A stretch of DNA of 64,000 nt from an uncultured Bacteroidales bacterium (GTDB lineage Bacteria; Bacteroidota; Bacteroidia; Bacteroidales; P3), in the NCBI GenBank assembly GCA_905233895.1, contig CAJOFL010000019.1, positions 1,799 to 65,798 on the forward strand. Direction: 5' to 3'. The notes under the pieces were generated by a model. It had not been told where the DNA came from. It saw only the letters and a list, made by a program, of their open reading frames with translations, and searched no databases. Positions 53,510-61,700 of this stretch are shown one piece after another. Position 1 is the stretch's first letter; each line of letters begins with the position of its first letter. Made by a program: the position numbers and the translations under genes.

Positions 53510-53517
53510 TATCTTTG
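53510..53517 (+). promoter_or_regulatory. -7 box TATCTTTG upstream of rnpB
   Basis: Consensus -7 box about 12 nt before the predicted RNA 5' end. The -33 box is only TTTA. Confidence 0.6.
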
Positions 53518-53528
53518 CACCCGAAAAA

Positions 53529-53900
53529 GAGAGCGGGGGCCATCCTATCGCCCGGCCGCAAGGCTGGGAGGAAAGTCCGGGCAGCACGAGCCACCATGCT
53601 TCCTAACGGGAAGCGGCTATTCGGGTAATCGGATAGTCAGAGAGAGCGCCACAGAAAAGATACCGCCGACAAAAGGCTTCCTTGGCCTAGTCGGTAAGGG
53701 TGAAAACGCGGGGTAAGAGCCCACGACATGACCGGGAGACTGGCATGATGGCAAGCCTCATGGGCTGAAAGACCATGTAAACCGACAGTTGAGGGCAGGC
53801 TCGCCCGACGTCGGAGGGTAGGTTGATTGAGATTGCTGGTGACAGCAACCCTAGATTGATGATAGGACACGACAGAACCCGGCTTACAGGCTCCGCCCTT
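53529..53900 (+). ncRNA. rnpB: RNase P RNA, bacterial type A
   Basis: Universal P4 strands GGAGGAAAGTCCGGGC (5') and ACAGAACCCGGCTTA (3'). P1 pairing of GCGGGGGCC with GGCTCCGC. T-run after the 3' end. Ends are approximate, within about 5 nt. Confidence 0.92.
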
Positions 53901-53915
53901 TTTTTGATTGAAGTG

Positions 53916-54707
53916 ATGAAAAAGACAATATACATTGCATTTGCGGCCATCTTGTTGGCTGGATGTTCCGGCAGGTACATTGGACAGCCGCGTGAGGCCA
54001 TGCTCCTCTATCAAACTGAGCCAACCTATGGCTCGCTTTATTCATTGGCTTCGGCCTATGCCGATAATATCAATGCTGCCGTTGCAGCCGACACTCTGCA
54101 TCCCGGCATGTATGCCGACTATGGTGTGGCGTTGGCTCTTATGGGCCATAATGAAGAGGCCTGTCACATGATGAATGTTGAGGTAAAAGCCTTCCCGCAG
54201 AGTATTGGTATGATGCGGCGTATTTCGGCCCGAATCCTTCCAGATTGCGATATTGCCGGTGGTGGGCTGTATATGCACGACACTGCCGACCGCACACGCC
54301 TTGCGGCTTGGGCGTACGACTCCATTTCCGCATTACGCTCCCTACCTCCGATTGCCTCGGTTATTGACAGTACCGATAGCGTACGGGTGGCTATGCAGAC
54401 CCCTGTTGATTCTGTCGATCGTCCAGTGCGCCTCACGGCCAATCAGAAACGCATTCTGTTGGAGCAGCAGCAGAACCGTGAAGCCCGTATGGCACAGGCA
54501 TCAAAAGATTCGGTGGCTGCAGCCAAGCAGGCTAAGATAAAGGCTCGTAACCAGGCACAGGCCGACAAGAAGAAGGCCAAGAAGGATAAAGAACGTGCCA
54601 AGAAGGCTGCAGAGAAAGCCAAGAAGCAGGCTGCCAAGGAGAAGAAAAAACAGCAGCAATTGGCTCGTGAAGCCGCCAAGCAATCAAAGAAAGGAGGCTC
54701 GAAGTGA
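53916..54707 (+). CDS. DUF4810-like lipoprotein with a Lys/Ala-rich C-terminal tail
   Basis: Internal ATG at 53916 (MKKTIYIAFAAILLAGCSG, lipobox). The track start at 53823 lies inside rnpB. TPR-like body YADYGVALALMGHNEEA. About 70-aa basic tail. Confidence 0.6.
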   Translation: MKKTIYIAFAAILLAGCSGRYIGQPREAMLLYQTEPTYGSLYSLASAYADNINAAVAADTLHPGMYADYGVALALMGHNEEACHMMNVEVKAFPQSIGMMRRISARILPDCDIAGGGLYMHDTADRTRLAAWAYDSISALRSLPPIASVIDSTDSVRVAMQTPVDSVDRPVRLTANQKRILLEQQQNREARMAQASKDSVAAAKQAKIKARNQAQADKKKAKKDKERAKKAAEKAKKQAAKEKKKQQQLAREAAKQSKKGGSK

Positions 54708-55477
54708 TACGCAGATTAATTATAATTGCCATTGCGACAGTGGCCCTTATGGCATGTAGTGGACAAAAACGCCTTGAGCAGTACAAGGATGTATACACCG
54801 AACGTCCGACAACCATATATGTGGCTCCCGTTGATGATCGTTCCCAACATAAGGCCGTGCGCGAGACAAAGGACTCCGTCTACAATGCTTCCATTTCCAT
54901 TGCCGCCAAGCAACTCTATCTTACCGCAGCAGACCCCTTGACGGATATGGGTTATTATGTGCTTGGTCCACTGGCTTCTGCCCAGATTGCTGCAACTGAG
55001 ACGCGTACAGGTAAGCAACTCCGCAATGAGAATATCAACGATTACAGTACCGAACTCGGTATCGATGCCATACTCTTTATCGACTTGATAAGTTGGAAGC
55101 AGACATCAAATTCATGGACTGCCGAAATAGAGTATACTCTCCGTTCTACGCATACCGGTGCCGAGCTAATGCATGTCTGGGTTAATTCCACCAAATTTCT
55201 GCATACCGATCACAAAGGCAATCCCAAGCCCCTCAGTGACGACTTGCGCTTTGCCGAGCGGTATGGCTGTGACCTTGAGACCGCACAGCGTTGCCGACTG
55301 GTGGAGATAACCAATCAGTATGTCCTTCGCGACCTCCCGAGTGGTGAGCGTGCTCGAGTTTACGATGCCGAGCGTTATGTGCAGTCGCATCCGGAATATT
55401 TCTATCTCCGTATTCAGCGCGATGGTACCGTGGAGCTCTTTCGTACTGACCAGATAGAACTCTCCAATGAGAATTGA
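54704..55477 (+). CDS. GNA1162/DUF799-family lipoprotein
   Basis: Lipobox ALMACSG, then TIYVAPVDDRS and AILFIDLISW blocks. Overlaps the upstream gene by 4 nt. Confidence 0.65.
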   Translation: MIRRLIIIAIATVALMACSGQKRLEQYKDVYTERPTTIYVAPVDDRSQHKAVRETKDSVYNASISIAAKQLYLTAADPLTDMGYYVLGPLASAQIAATETRTGKQLRNENINDYSTELGIDAILFIDLISWKQTSNSWTAEIEYTLRSTHTGAELMHVWVNSTKFLHTDHKGNPKPLSDDLRFAERYGCDLETAQRCRLVEITNQYVLRDLPSGERARVYDAERYVQSHPEYFYLRIQRDGTVELFRTDQIELSNEN

Positions 55478-56192
55478 AGTATCGCTCACCCCGGCGCTCT
55501 ATTCCTTCCGTACCATTACGTCGGGTCATACGACTGTTGCAATTGACGTCCTTCGCGCCACCACCGCCGTATGTGCCGCATTTCAAGCGGGTTGTTGCGA
55601 GGTTGTGCCGCTTGACAGCCTTGAGGCGTTGGACTCCTACCGCACGGAAGGCTACGCTATCGCTGCCGAGAGGGGAGGGAAGAAACTTCAAGGGTCGGAC
55701 TACGGCAACTCGCCTACTGAATATTTGCGCAATGACATGACTGGCATTCGTCTGGCCTACAGTACCACCAACGGCACGGTATGTATCCTCAGAGGTGCTG
55801 ATGCCGATACTACGTTTGTGGGTGCATTCGTCAATCTTACGGCATTGGCTGAACGGCTGCGCAATGCCGGCCGTGATACGGTGCTGCTCTGCAGCGGATG
55901 GCAAAATGACTTCTGCATTGAGGACACGCTGATGGCGGGTGCGCTGTTGGAACGCCTCGCCGATGTTGCTACCCCTTACGGCGACGCGGCCCAGATGGCT
56001 CTCTCCCTCTGGCAGATGGCCAAGGATGATCCATACAAATATTGCCGCCGGTGTAGCCATGTTCATCGCCTCGAAGGGTTTGGTGCAGTGGAGGATATCG
56101 TATTTGCCTTCCGTCAGGACACATGTCCAGTGGTACCGGTACTGATAGATGGAAAATTGACTTGTGCCCCCCGAAGGGGTGGCGAACACTAA
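55467..56192 (+). CDS. comB: 2-phosphosulfolactate phosphatase (ComB) family protein
   Basis: VAIDVLRATTAVCAAFQAGC motif and family-typical length (241 aa). Confidence 0.75.
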   Translation: MRIEVSLTPALYSFRTITSGHTTVAIDVLRATTAVCAAFQAGCCEVVPLDSLEALDSYRTEGYAIAAERGGKKLQGSDYGNSPTEYLRNDMTGIRLAYSTTNGTVCILRGADADTTFVGAFVNLTALAERLRNAGRDTVLLCSGWQNDFCIEDTLMAGALLERLADVATPYGDAAQMALSLWQMAKDDPYKYCRRCSHVHRLEGFGAVEDIVFAFRQDTCPVVPVLIDGKLTCAPRRGGEH

Positions 56193-56911
56193 TGAAATTA
56201 AGCGAAGCGAAATATAATAAAGTGAGCAACATTGAAATTCATAATACTGGTAAAGGGTTACAGCGTGTAGTGGTATACGTTGTGGCTTTCGCTTTTCACT
56301 TTTCGCTTTTCACTTCAGCGTTTGCAGTGGCTCAGACCGACACCACGGCTCTGCGGATTCATAGTTTGCAGCCGATACCCCTTGTGTCTGGTGCTGCTCT
56401 CGGCGGTGCGGGAACGCTGCTCACCTTCCAACCCGAGATAAACCGTCTGGCGGTGAGCCTTCATGACAATGTGGATGCTGCCAACTTTCCTCAAATGTCA
56501 GCCGATGACTATATACAGTATCTCCCGGCGATTGCACCAGTGGCGCTGAATCTCTGCGGACTGCACAGCCGCCATCCTCTTGGTCGGATGATGATGCTCG
56601 AAGGGGGCAGTTACCTCCTCGGAGCAGGGTGGCTCAATGCGTTGAAGTACGGCATCGGAGTCGAGCGGCCCGACAACTCGAGGTTCAACAGTTTCCCGTC
56701 AGGCCACACCTTCGTGGCCTTTACTGGTGCCGAGTTAATACGGCGCGAGTACGGAGAGGAGTACCCATGGGTGGCTGTAGCCGGATATGCTGTAGCCATT
56801 GCGGTGGGAGCCATGCGGATCTACAACGACCGTCACTGGTTGGGCGACGTGCTGGCCGGCGCTGGATTGGGAATCATGAGCGTCACACTGGTATACTGGG
56901 CGCTGGATTAA
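56192..56911 (+). CDS. PAP2-superfamily phosphatase (membrane)
   Basis: Motifs SFPSGHT and MRIYNDRHWLGDVLAG. The start is uncertain: the ATG at 56192 is preferred over 56123, which overlaps comB. Confidence 0.8.
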   Translation: MKLSEAKYNKVSNIEIHNTGKGLQRVVVYVVAFAFHFSLFTSAFAVAQTDTTALRIHSLQPIPLVSGAALGGAGTLLTFQPEINRLAVSLHDNVDAANFPQMSADDYIQYLPAIAPVALNLCGLHSRHPLGRMMMLEGGSYLLGAGWLNALKYGIGVERPDNSRFNSFPSGHTFVAFTGAELIRREYGEEYPWVAVAGYAVAIAVGAMRIYNDRHWLGDVLAGAGLGIMSVTLVYWALD

Positions 56912-56944
56912 AATATGAACTAAGAAATAAGAACTAAGAATAAG

Positions 56945-58645
56945 ATGAAACTTTTTAGCAACATTAAGGGCGATTTGTTCGGCGGCGTGACCGCCGGTAT
57001 CGTAGCGTTGCCGTTGGCACTGGCCTTCGGCATACAGGCCTTCAGCGGCGTGAGCGACCCGCAAGCGGCTTCCATTGGTGCTTACGTGGGCCTCACCGGA
57101 GCTATGCTCCTCGGTTTCTTCGCTGCCCTCTTCGGTGGCACCCACAGCCAGATTTCTGGTCCTACTGGACCGATGACCGTGGTAACTGCCACCCTCGTCA
57201 CTGGTGCGTGGACCGCCTCCAACGGAAGCCTCTCCGAGGTGATGCTCTCCATGGCGCTCGCCGCTATCTTCTGCGGCCTATTCCAGATCCTTTTCGGTCT
57301 CATCAAGTTGGGCAAGTATGTGCGCTACATACCTTATCCAGTCCTCTCGGGATTCATGAGCGGTATCGGCGTCATCATCATCATCCAGCAGCTTTATCCG
57401 CTGGTGGGCGCTAGCAAGGGCGGTCCGATGCTCGGAATGCTGGCGGGTCTGCCCGAAGCCTTTGCCCAAACCAGCCTCACCGCGCTCCTTCTCGGACTCG
57501 GCACGGTGGCCATCGTTTACCTCTTCCCGCTGCTGACCAAGAAGGTTCCCTCCACCCTGGTGGCCCTTATCGTGATGACCGTCGTGTCGCTCTTCATCGA
57601 TATGGACGGTGTGGCCACCATCGGTAAGATTCCGTCGGGCCTCCCGATGCCCTTCTTCGCGAAAGAAGGAGTCACGTTGGCCGGTATCAACTGGGGTACC
57701 GTGCTGGTGGCCGCCCTTATCCCGGGTCTCACTCTCGCCGGTCTGGGTTCTATCGACACGTTGCTCACCTCCGTGGTGGCTGACAATATCACCAAGACCA
57801 AACATAACTCCAACCGCGAGTTGATAGGGCAGGGTATAGGTAACGCCATCGCTGGCCTGTTCTGCGGTCTGCCCGGTGCGGGTGCTACCATGCGCACCGT
57901 GGTCAACGTAAAGAGTGGCGGCCGCACCCAGCTTTCCGGCATGGTCCACGCCCTTCTGCTTCTGGCCATAATGCTCGGCTTGGGTTCGGTGGTGCAGTAT
58001 GTGCCGCTGTCAGTGCTGGCCGGTATCCTTATCACCGTCGGCTGGGGTATCATCGACTTCAAGGGCTTCAAGGACCTGCTCAAGATACCGCGCGCCGACG
58101 CCGTGGTGCTTGTCGTGGTCTTCCTCGTCACCGTCTTCGTCGACCTGCTCACCGCGGTCGGTATTGGTATGGTTATCGCCTGCGTCCTCTTCATGAAGCG
58201 CGCCTCCGACCTCGTCGAGGGCGGCTACAGCAGCCAAGAGATGACCAACTTCGACAAGGAAAGCCCCTGGAGCGACGAGGGTGGAATGCCCGACACCGTG
58301 GCCCACAAGATCTACGTCCAGCGCTTGAACGGCCCCATCTTCTTTGGCACCATCAACAAGTTCAAGGAGGTGATGCAGACCGTTCCCGAGAGTGCACGTA
58401 TAGTCATCATCCGCATGCGTCTGGTGAGCTTTATGGACCAGAGCGGCCTTTACGCTATGGAGGAGGCCATCAAGGACCTCCAGGCGCGTGGCGTCGAGGT
58501 GCTTATGACCATCATCCAACCCCAGCCCATGTACATGCTGACCACCCACAAGGTCATCCCCGGCGTCGTTCCCGAAGACCACACCTTCAAAACCTTCGAA
58601 GAGTGCACTGCATTCCTGAGGAATGAATTGAGAGTTGAGAATTGA
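56945..58645 (+). CDS. SulP-family anion transporter with a C-terminal STAS domain
   Basis: GDLFGGVTAGIVALPLALAFG N-terminus, a polytopic core, and a STAS domain (LNGPIFFG...FMDQSGLYAMEEAIKDLQARGVEV). The last 7 codons lie in the cassette inverted repeat. Confidence 0.93.
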   Translation: MKLFSNIKGDLFGGVTAGIVALPLALAFGIQAFSGVSDPQAASIGAYVGLTGAMLLGFFAALFGGTHSQISGPTGPMTVVTATLVTGAWTASNGSLSEVMLSMALAAIFCGLFQILFGLIKLGKYVRYIPYPVLSGFMSGIGVIIIIQQLYPLVGASKGGPMLGMLAGLPEAFAQTSLTALLLGLGTVAIVYLFPLLTKKVPSTLVALIVMTVVSLFIDMDGVATIGKIPSGLPMPFFAKEGVTLAGINWGTVLVAALIPGLTLAGLGSIDTLLTSVVADNITKTKHNSNRELIGQGIGNAIAGLFCGLPGAGATMRTVVNVKSGGRTQLSGMVHALLLLAIMLGLGSVVQYVPLSVLAGILITVGWGIIDFKGFKDLLKIPRADAVVLVVVFLVTVFVDLLTAVGIGMVIACVLFMKRASDLVEGGYSSQEMTNFDKESPWSDEGGMPDTVAHKIYVQRLNGPIFFGTINKFKEVMQTVPESARIVIIRMRLVSFMDQSGLYAMEEAIKDLQARGVEVLMTIIQPQPMYMLTTHKVIPGVVPEDHTFKTFEECTAFLRNELRVEN

Positions 58646-58652
58646 GAATTAT
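58625..58652. repeat. Left inverted repeat of the four-helix-bundle cassette
   Basis: GAATTGAGAGTTGAGAATTGAGAATTAT. Its reverse complement matches 59031-59060 with one mismatch and one 2-nt indel. Confidence 0.85.
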
Positions 58653-59016
58653 GGACAACGACAAAAATCTCATCGGAGAAAAAAGTATGGATTTCGCAGT
58701 AAGGTGTGTAAATCTTTACAAATATCTTTCTCAGGAAAAGAGCGAATACATCATGAGCAAACAGGTGTGTCGAAGTGGAACCAGTGTGGGTGCCAATATT
58801 AGAGAAAGCCGTAATGCCCAAAGCACATCTGACTTCATCAATAAACTCAATATTGCTCTTAAGGAAGCTGATGAAACTCAGTTCTGGCTGGAGTTGCTGT
58901 ATAGAACACAATATATTGGAGAGAAAGAATTTAATTCAATTAACAATGATATTGACGAGATTATATCAATCTTGACTGCATCAATTAAAACCACTAAGAA
59001 AAAAATAGACAAATAA
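58651..59016 (+). CDS. Four-helix-bundle protein (23S rRNA intervening-sequence protein / Avd-like family)
   Basis: Motifs SKQVCRSGTSVGANIRES, DFINKLNIALKEADETQFWLELL and an EFNSINNDIDEIISIL pattern. Visibly AT-rich compared with the flanking genes. The ATG at 58651 is preferred over the TTG at 58642. Confidence 0.82.
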   Translation: MDNDKNLIGEKSMDFAVRCVNLYKYLSQEKSEYIMSKQVCRSGTSVGANIRESRNAQSTSDFINKLNIALKEADETQFWLELLYRTQYIGEKEFNSINNDIDEIISILTASIKTTKKKIDK

Positions 59017-59030
59017 ATTTAACATGGGTT

Positions 59031-59064
59031 GATAATTCTCAATTTTCAACTCTCAATTTTCAAT
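59031..59064. repeat. Right inverted repeat of the four-helix-bundle cassette
   Basis: ATAATTCTCAATTTTCAACTCTCAATTTTCAATT, 9 nt before the yebC ATG. Confidence 0.85.
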
Positions 59065-59072
59065 TTATAATT

Positions 59073-59783
59073 ATGGGTAGAGCATTTGAATACCGCAAAG
59101 CGAGAAAACTGAAACGTTGGGGTCATATGGCCCGCACCTTTACCAAGATTGGCAAGGAAATCGAGTTGGCTGTGCTGGCCGGAGGTCCAGACCCGTCGAG
59201 CAACCTGCGTCTGCGCCTGCTGATGCAGACCGCCAAGAGCGAGTCAATGCCTAAGGAGAACGTCGAGCGTGCCATCAAGCGCGCCACCGAGAAGGACCGC
59301 TCGGCCTACAAGGAGGTGGTCTACGACGGCAAAGGCCCCCACGGCGTCGCTATCGTGGTGGAGACCGCCACCGACAATCCCACCCGCACCGTCGCCAACC
59401 TGCGCGCCGCCTTCGTACGCGGCAAGGGTGAGTTGGGCACCATGGGCATGAACGACTTCCTCTTCGAGCGCAAGTGCTCGTTCGTCGTCGCCTGGCGTGA
59501 CGATATCGATATGGACGAGTTGGAGCTGGAGCTTATCGACTGCGACATCGACGAGGTGTTCCGCGACGAGGACGAGATTCTTATCTATGCCGACTTCGCC
59601 AACTACGGCCCCATCTCCAAGTTCCTCGAGGACAAGGGTCTGGAGATAAAGAGCTTCAAGTTTGAGCGTATACCGCTCACCACCCGCGAGCTCTCCGAAG
59701 AGGAGCAGGAGGATGTCAATGGTCTCCTCGAGCGCCTCGAGAACGATGATGACGTGGTCAACGTGTTCCATAACATGGCGTAA
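59073..59783 (+). CDS. yebC: YebC/PmpR-family transcriptional regulator
   Basis: MGRAFEYRKARKLKRWGHMARTFTK N-terminus. Full-length family pattern, 236 aa. Confidence 0.93.
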   Translation: MGRAFEYRKARKLKRWGHMARTFTKIGKEIELAVLAGGPDPSSNLRLRLLMQTAKSESMPKENVERAIKRATEKDRSAYKEVVYDGKGPHGVAIVVETATDNPTRTVANLRAAFVRGKGELGTMGMNDFLFERKCSFVVAWRDDIDMDELELELIDCDIDEVFRDEDEILIYADFANYGPISKFLEDKGLEIKSFKFERIPLTTRELSEEEQEDVNGLLERLENDDDVVNVFHNMA

Positions 59784-59916
59784 GCGAGCGCCCGAAAGCT
59801 TGCTTTCGAGGCCGAGCGACAGCCATGAGCACGAAGTGAATATGGGATAGGAGCGATCTGCGGTCAGCAGTTAGCGGTTAGCGGTCGGAAACTTTGTAAA
59901 TAAGTATAATTCAGAT

Positions 59917-60975
59917 ATGTATAAGAAATCATTACTGTTTTTTGCTCTCCTGTTTTCTTTGGCAGGCGTTACACATGCAACCGACTACATCAAGGAAGTG
60001 ATGGTCGTCGGTGGCAGCTCCAGCGAGGTCAACAACCTGAGAATCACCCTTGAGGCACAAGGCTGGACACGTATCAACAAAGATCTCAACGACAGATGTG
60101 GCGCTTCGAGCGACTACATTTATCTTTTCTACCGCGCGGAGAGCAACAACGACGGTGTCAACCGCGGCTATATCACCGACTTCTATATCAGCAACGCCAC
60201 AGGTACCGTCTCCAGCACCGTAACCCACGATGGGCGTACATATCATCTGGTGTCCTGTGACGGCAGCAATTATTTCAGAGGCCGCCAGGGCGACCTTAAC
60301 AGCCACGCAGGTGGCGCCACCATACACCTCTACTACACCACCGACCTCTTCCCCGACAACCGCGCCGTCACCTCCATCTCGTTCAACGACAGCCAGAGCG
60401 GCGCAGTGCCTGCCAACGGCTCTGGCTCGGGCTACGACCTGAATGATGGCTGTGGCTCTGGAACCGACTACATATACATGCATGTAGGCACCTCTACCGC
60501 CGTGCCGCCGACACTCACCGTCGCTGCCAACGACCCTTTGCTGGGCAGCGTGTCGGCAACAGGCTTCATCACTCCCGCCGAAACACTCCTCACGGTCATC
60601 ACCCCAACTGCCTCCTATCCCAATCTACAGTATTCTGAATCCGGCAGGGCTACACTCAACCTCTCCGGATTTCTCAGCATCAACCAAAGCGGAGCATGGT
60701 CCAACTCCAGCGGCTTAGGTGGAATAAATATGCTCGGACATCTTGAGGTTACCGCCAACGAAGGGTATACCGTAACCCGTATCACCTTCAACGTGGGACA
60801 ACCTGCGAACAACTACAGCAACCCCATTGAAATAGCCCAGCCACCTTTCCTTATCGATATTGAAGGCGGTGACTGTTTTCTCAATAACGGTAATCAGTAT
60901 GTCGGCTACCATGGCGTCACCTCGATCAACGTCTATGGTTACCTCACCCCAGTCGACCAAGGGAATGTCACCTAG
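59917..60975 (+). CDS. N-terminal segment of a giant secreted repeat protein, ended by an in-frame TAG (60973-60975)
   Basis: Signal peptide MYKKSLLFFALLFSLAGVTHA. Three DLN-x-(A/C)G(G/S)-x-x-(Y)I(Y/H)(L/M) repeats, then the first copy of a module of about 204 aa. The same frame stays open from 60976 to 64000. Confidence 0.7.
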   Translation: MYKKSLLFFALLFSLAGVTHATDYIKEVMVVGGSSSEVNNLRITLEAQGWTRINKDLNDRCGASSDYIYLFYRAESNNDGVNRGYITDFYISNATGTVSSTVTHDGRTYHLVSCDGSNYFRGRQGDLNSHAGGATIHLYYTTDLFPDNRAVTSISFNDSQSGAVPANGSGSGYDLNDGCGSGTDYIYMHVGTSTAVPPTLTVAANDPLLGSVSATGFITPAETLLTVITPTASYPNLQYSESGRATLNLSGFLSINQSGAWSNSSGLGGINMLGHLEVTANEGYTVTRITFNVGQPANNYSNPIEIAQPPFLIDIEGGDCFLNNGNQYVGYHGVTSINVYGYLTPVDQGNVT

Positions 60976-61700
60976 GGCACCGTTTCCAACCTCTCGGCCA
61001 TGCCTGCCGCCAACTGCCACTTCATCGCATGGCGCGAGGCCGACACCATCTACAGCCGCTCGGCCGACACCGTTGCCACCATAACAGGCAACCGTTCATT
61101 CACAGCCATCTTCGCCATCGACACTTACTCTCTCGACCTCGCCGCCAGCGACCCCTCGCTGGGCAACGTGTCGTCAACATTCAACGCTCCCGAAGAAACA
61201 CTCCTCACGGTCATTACCCAAAATCCCAACTTATATTATCCAAGTCCTCAGTATTCCGAACCCGGCAGGGCTACACTCAGCTTCTCCGAATCTGTCGGCT
61301 TCACAAATGGAGCATGGAAAACATACTGCACTCTCAATTATACGTCGTACGGATATCTTGAGGTTACCGCCAACGAAGGGTATACCGTAACCCGTATCAC
61401 CTTCAACGTGGTAATACCTTCACACGGCAACCCCATTGAAATAGCCCAGCCACCTTTCAAGGTCAATTTTGTATGTGATGACTGTTATATCAATAACGGC
61501 AGTCAGGGTGTCGGCTACAATGGCGTCACCTCCATCAACGTCTATGGCTACCGCAACCCGGTCGACCACGGCACCGTCAACCACGGCACCGTCGCCAACC
61601 TCTCGGCCACGCCTGCCGCCAACTGCCACTTCGACGGCTGGCGCGAGGCCGACACCATCTACAGCCGCTCGGCCGACACCGTCGCCACCATTTCAAGCAA
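60740..61700 (+). repeat. Intragenic tandem duplication, period about 609-615 bp
   Basis: A 57-nt perfect repeat ATCTTGAGGTTACCGCCAACGAAGGGTATACCGTAACCCGTATCACCTTCAACGTGG occurs at 60740 and 61355. A near-identical block of about 90 nt starts at 60991 and 61600. A third, more diverged unit follows near 61940. Confidence 0.85.

Noticed and set aside
53471-54014. ORFs of 81-125 aa on both strands overlapping 53471-54014, plus the first 31 codons of the 53823 ORF.
   Set aside because: The region is RNase P RNA (universal P4 motifs). The downstream lipoprotein has a proper signal peptide and lipobox from the ATG at 53916.
58651-59016. A diversity-generating retroelement, since the four-helix-bundle protein belongs to the Avd family and a huge repeat protein lies nearby.
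   Set aside because: I saw no reverse transcriptase ORF and no TR/VR pair with adenine-specific differences in the window. The repeats in the giant gene differ at all base types. Stand-alone members of this family are common.
60973-60975. Genome-wide reassignment of TAG (as in some recoded phages or bacteria) to explain the in-frame TAG.
   Set aside because: TAG terminates well-defined genes at native-looking ends in this same window (5810-5812, 9499-9501, 35222-35224 and minus-strand 13709-13711).
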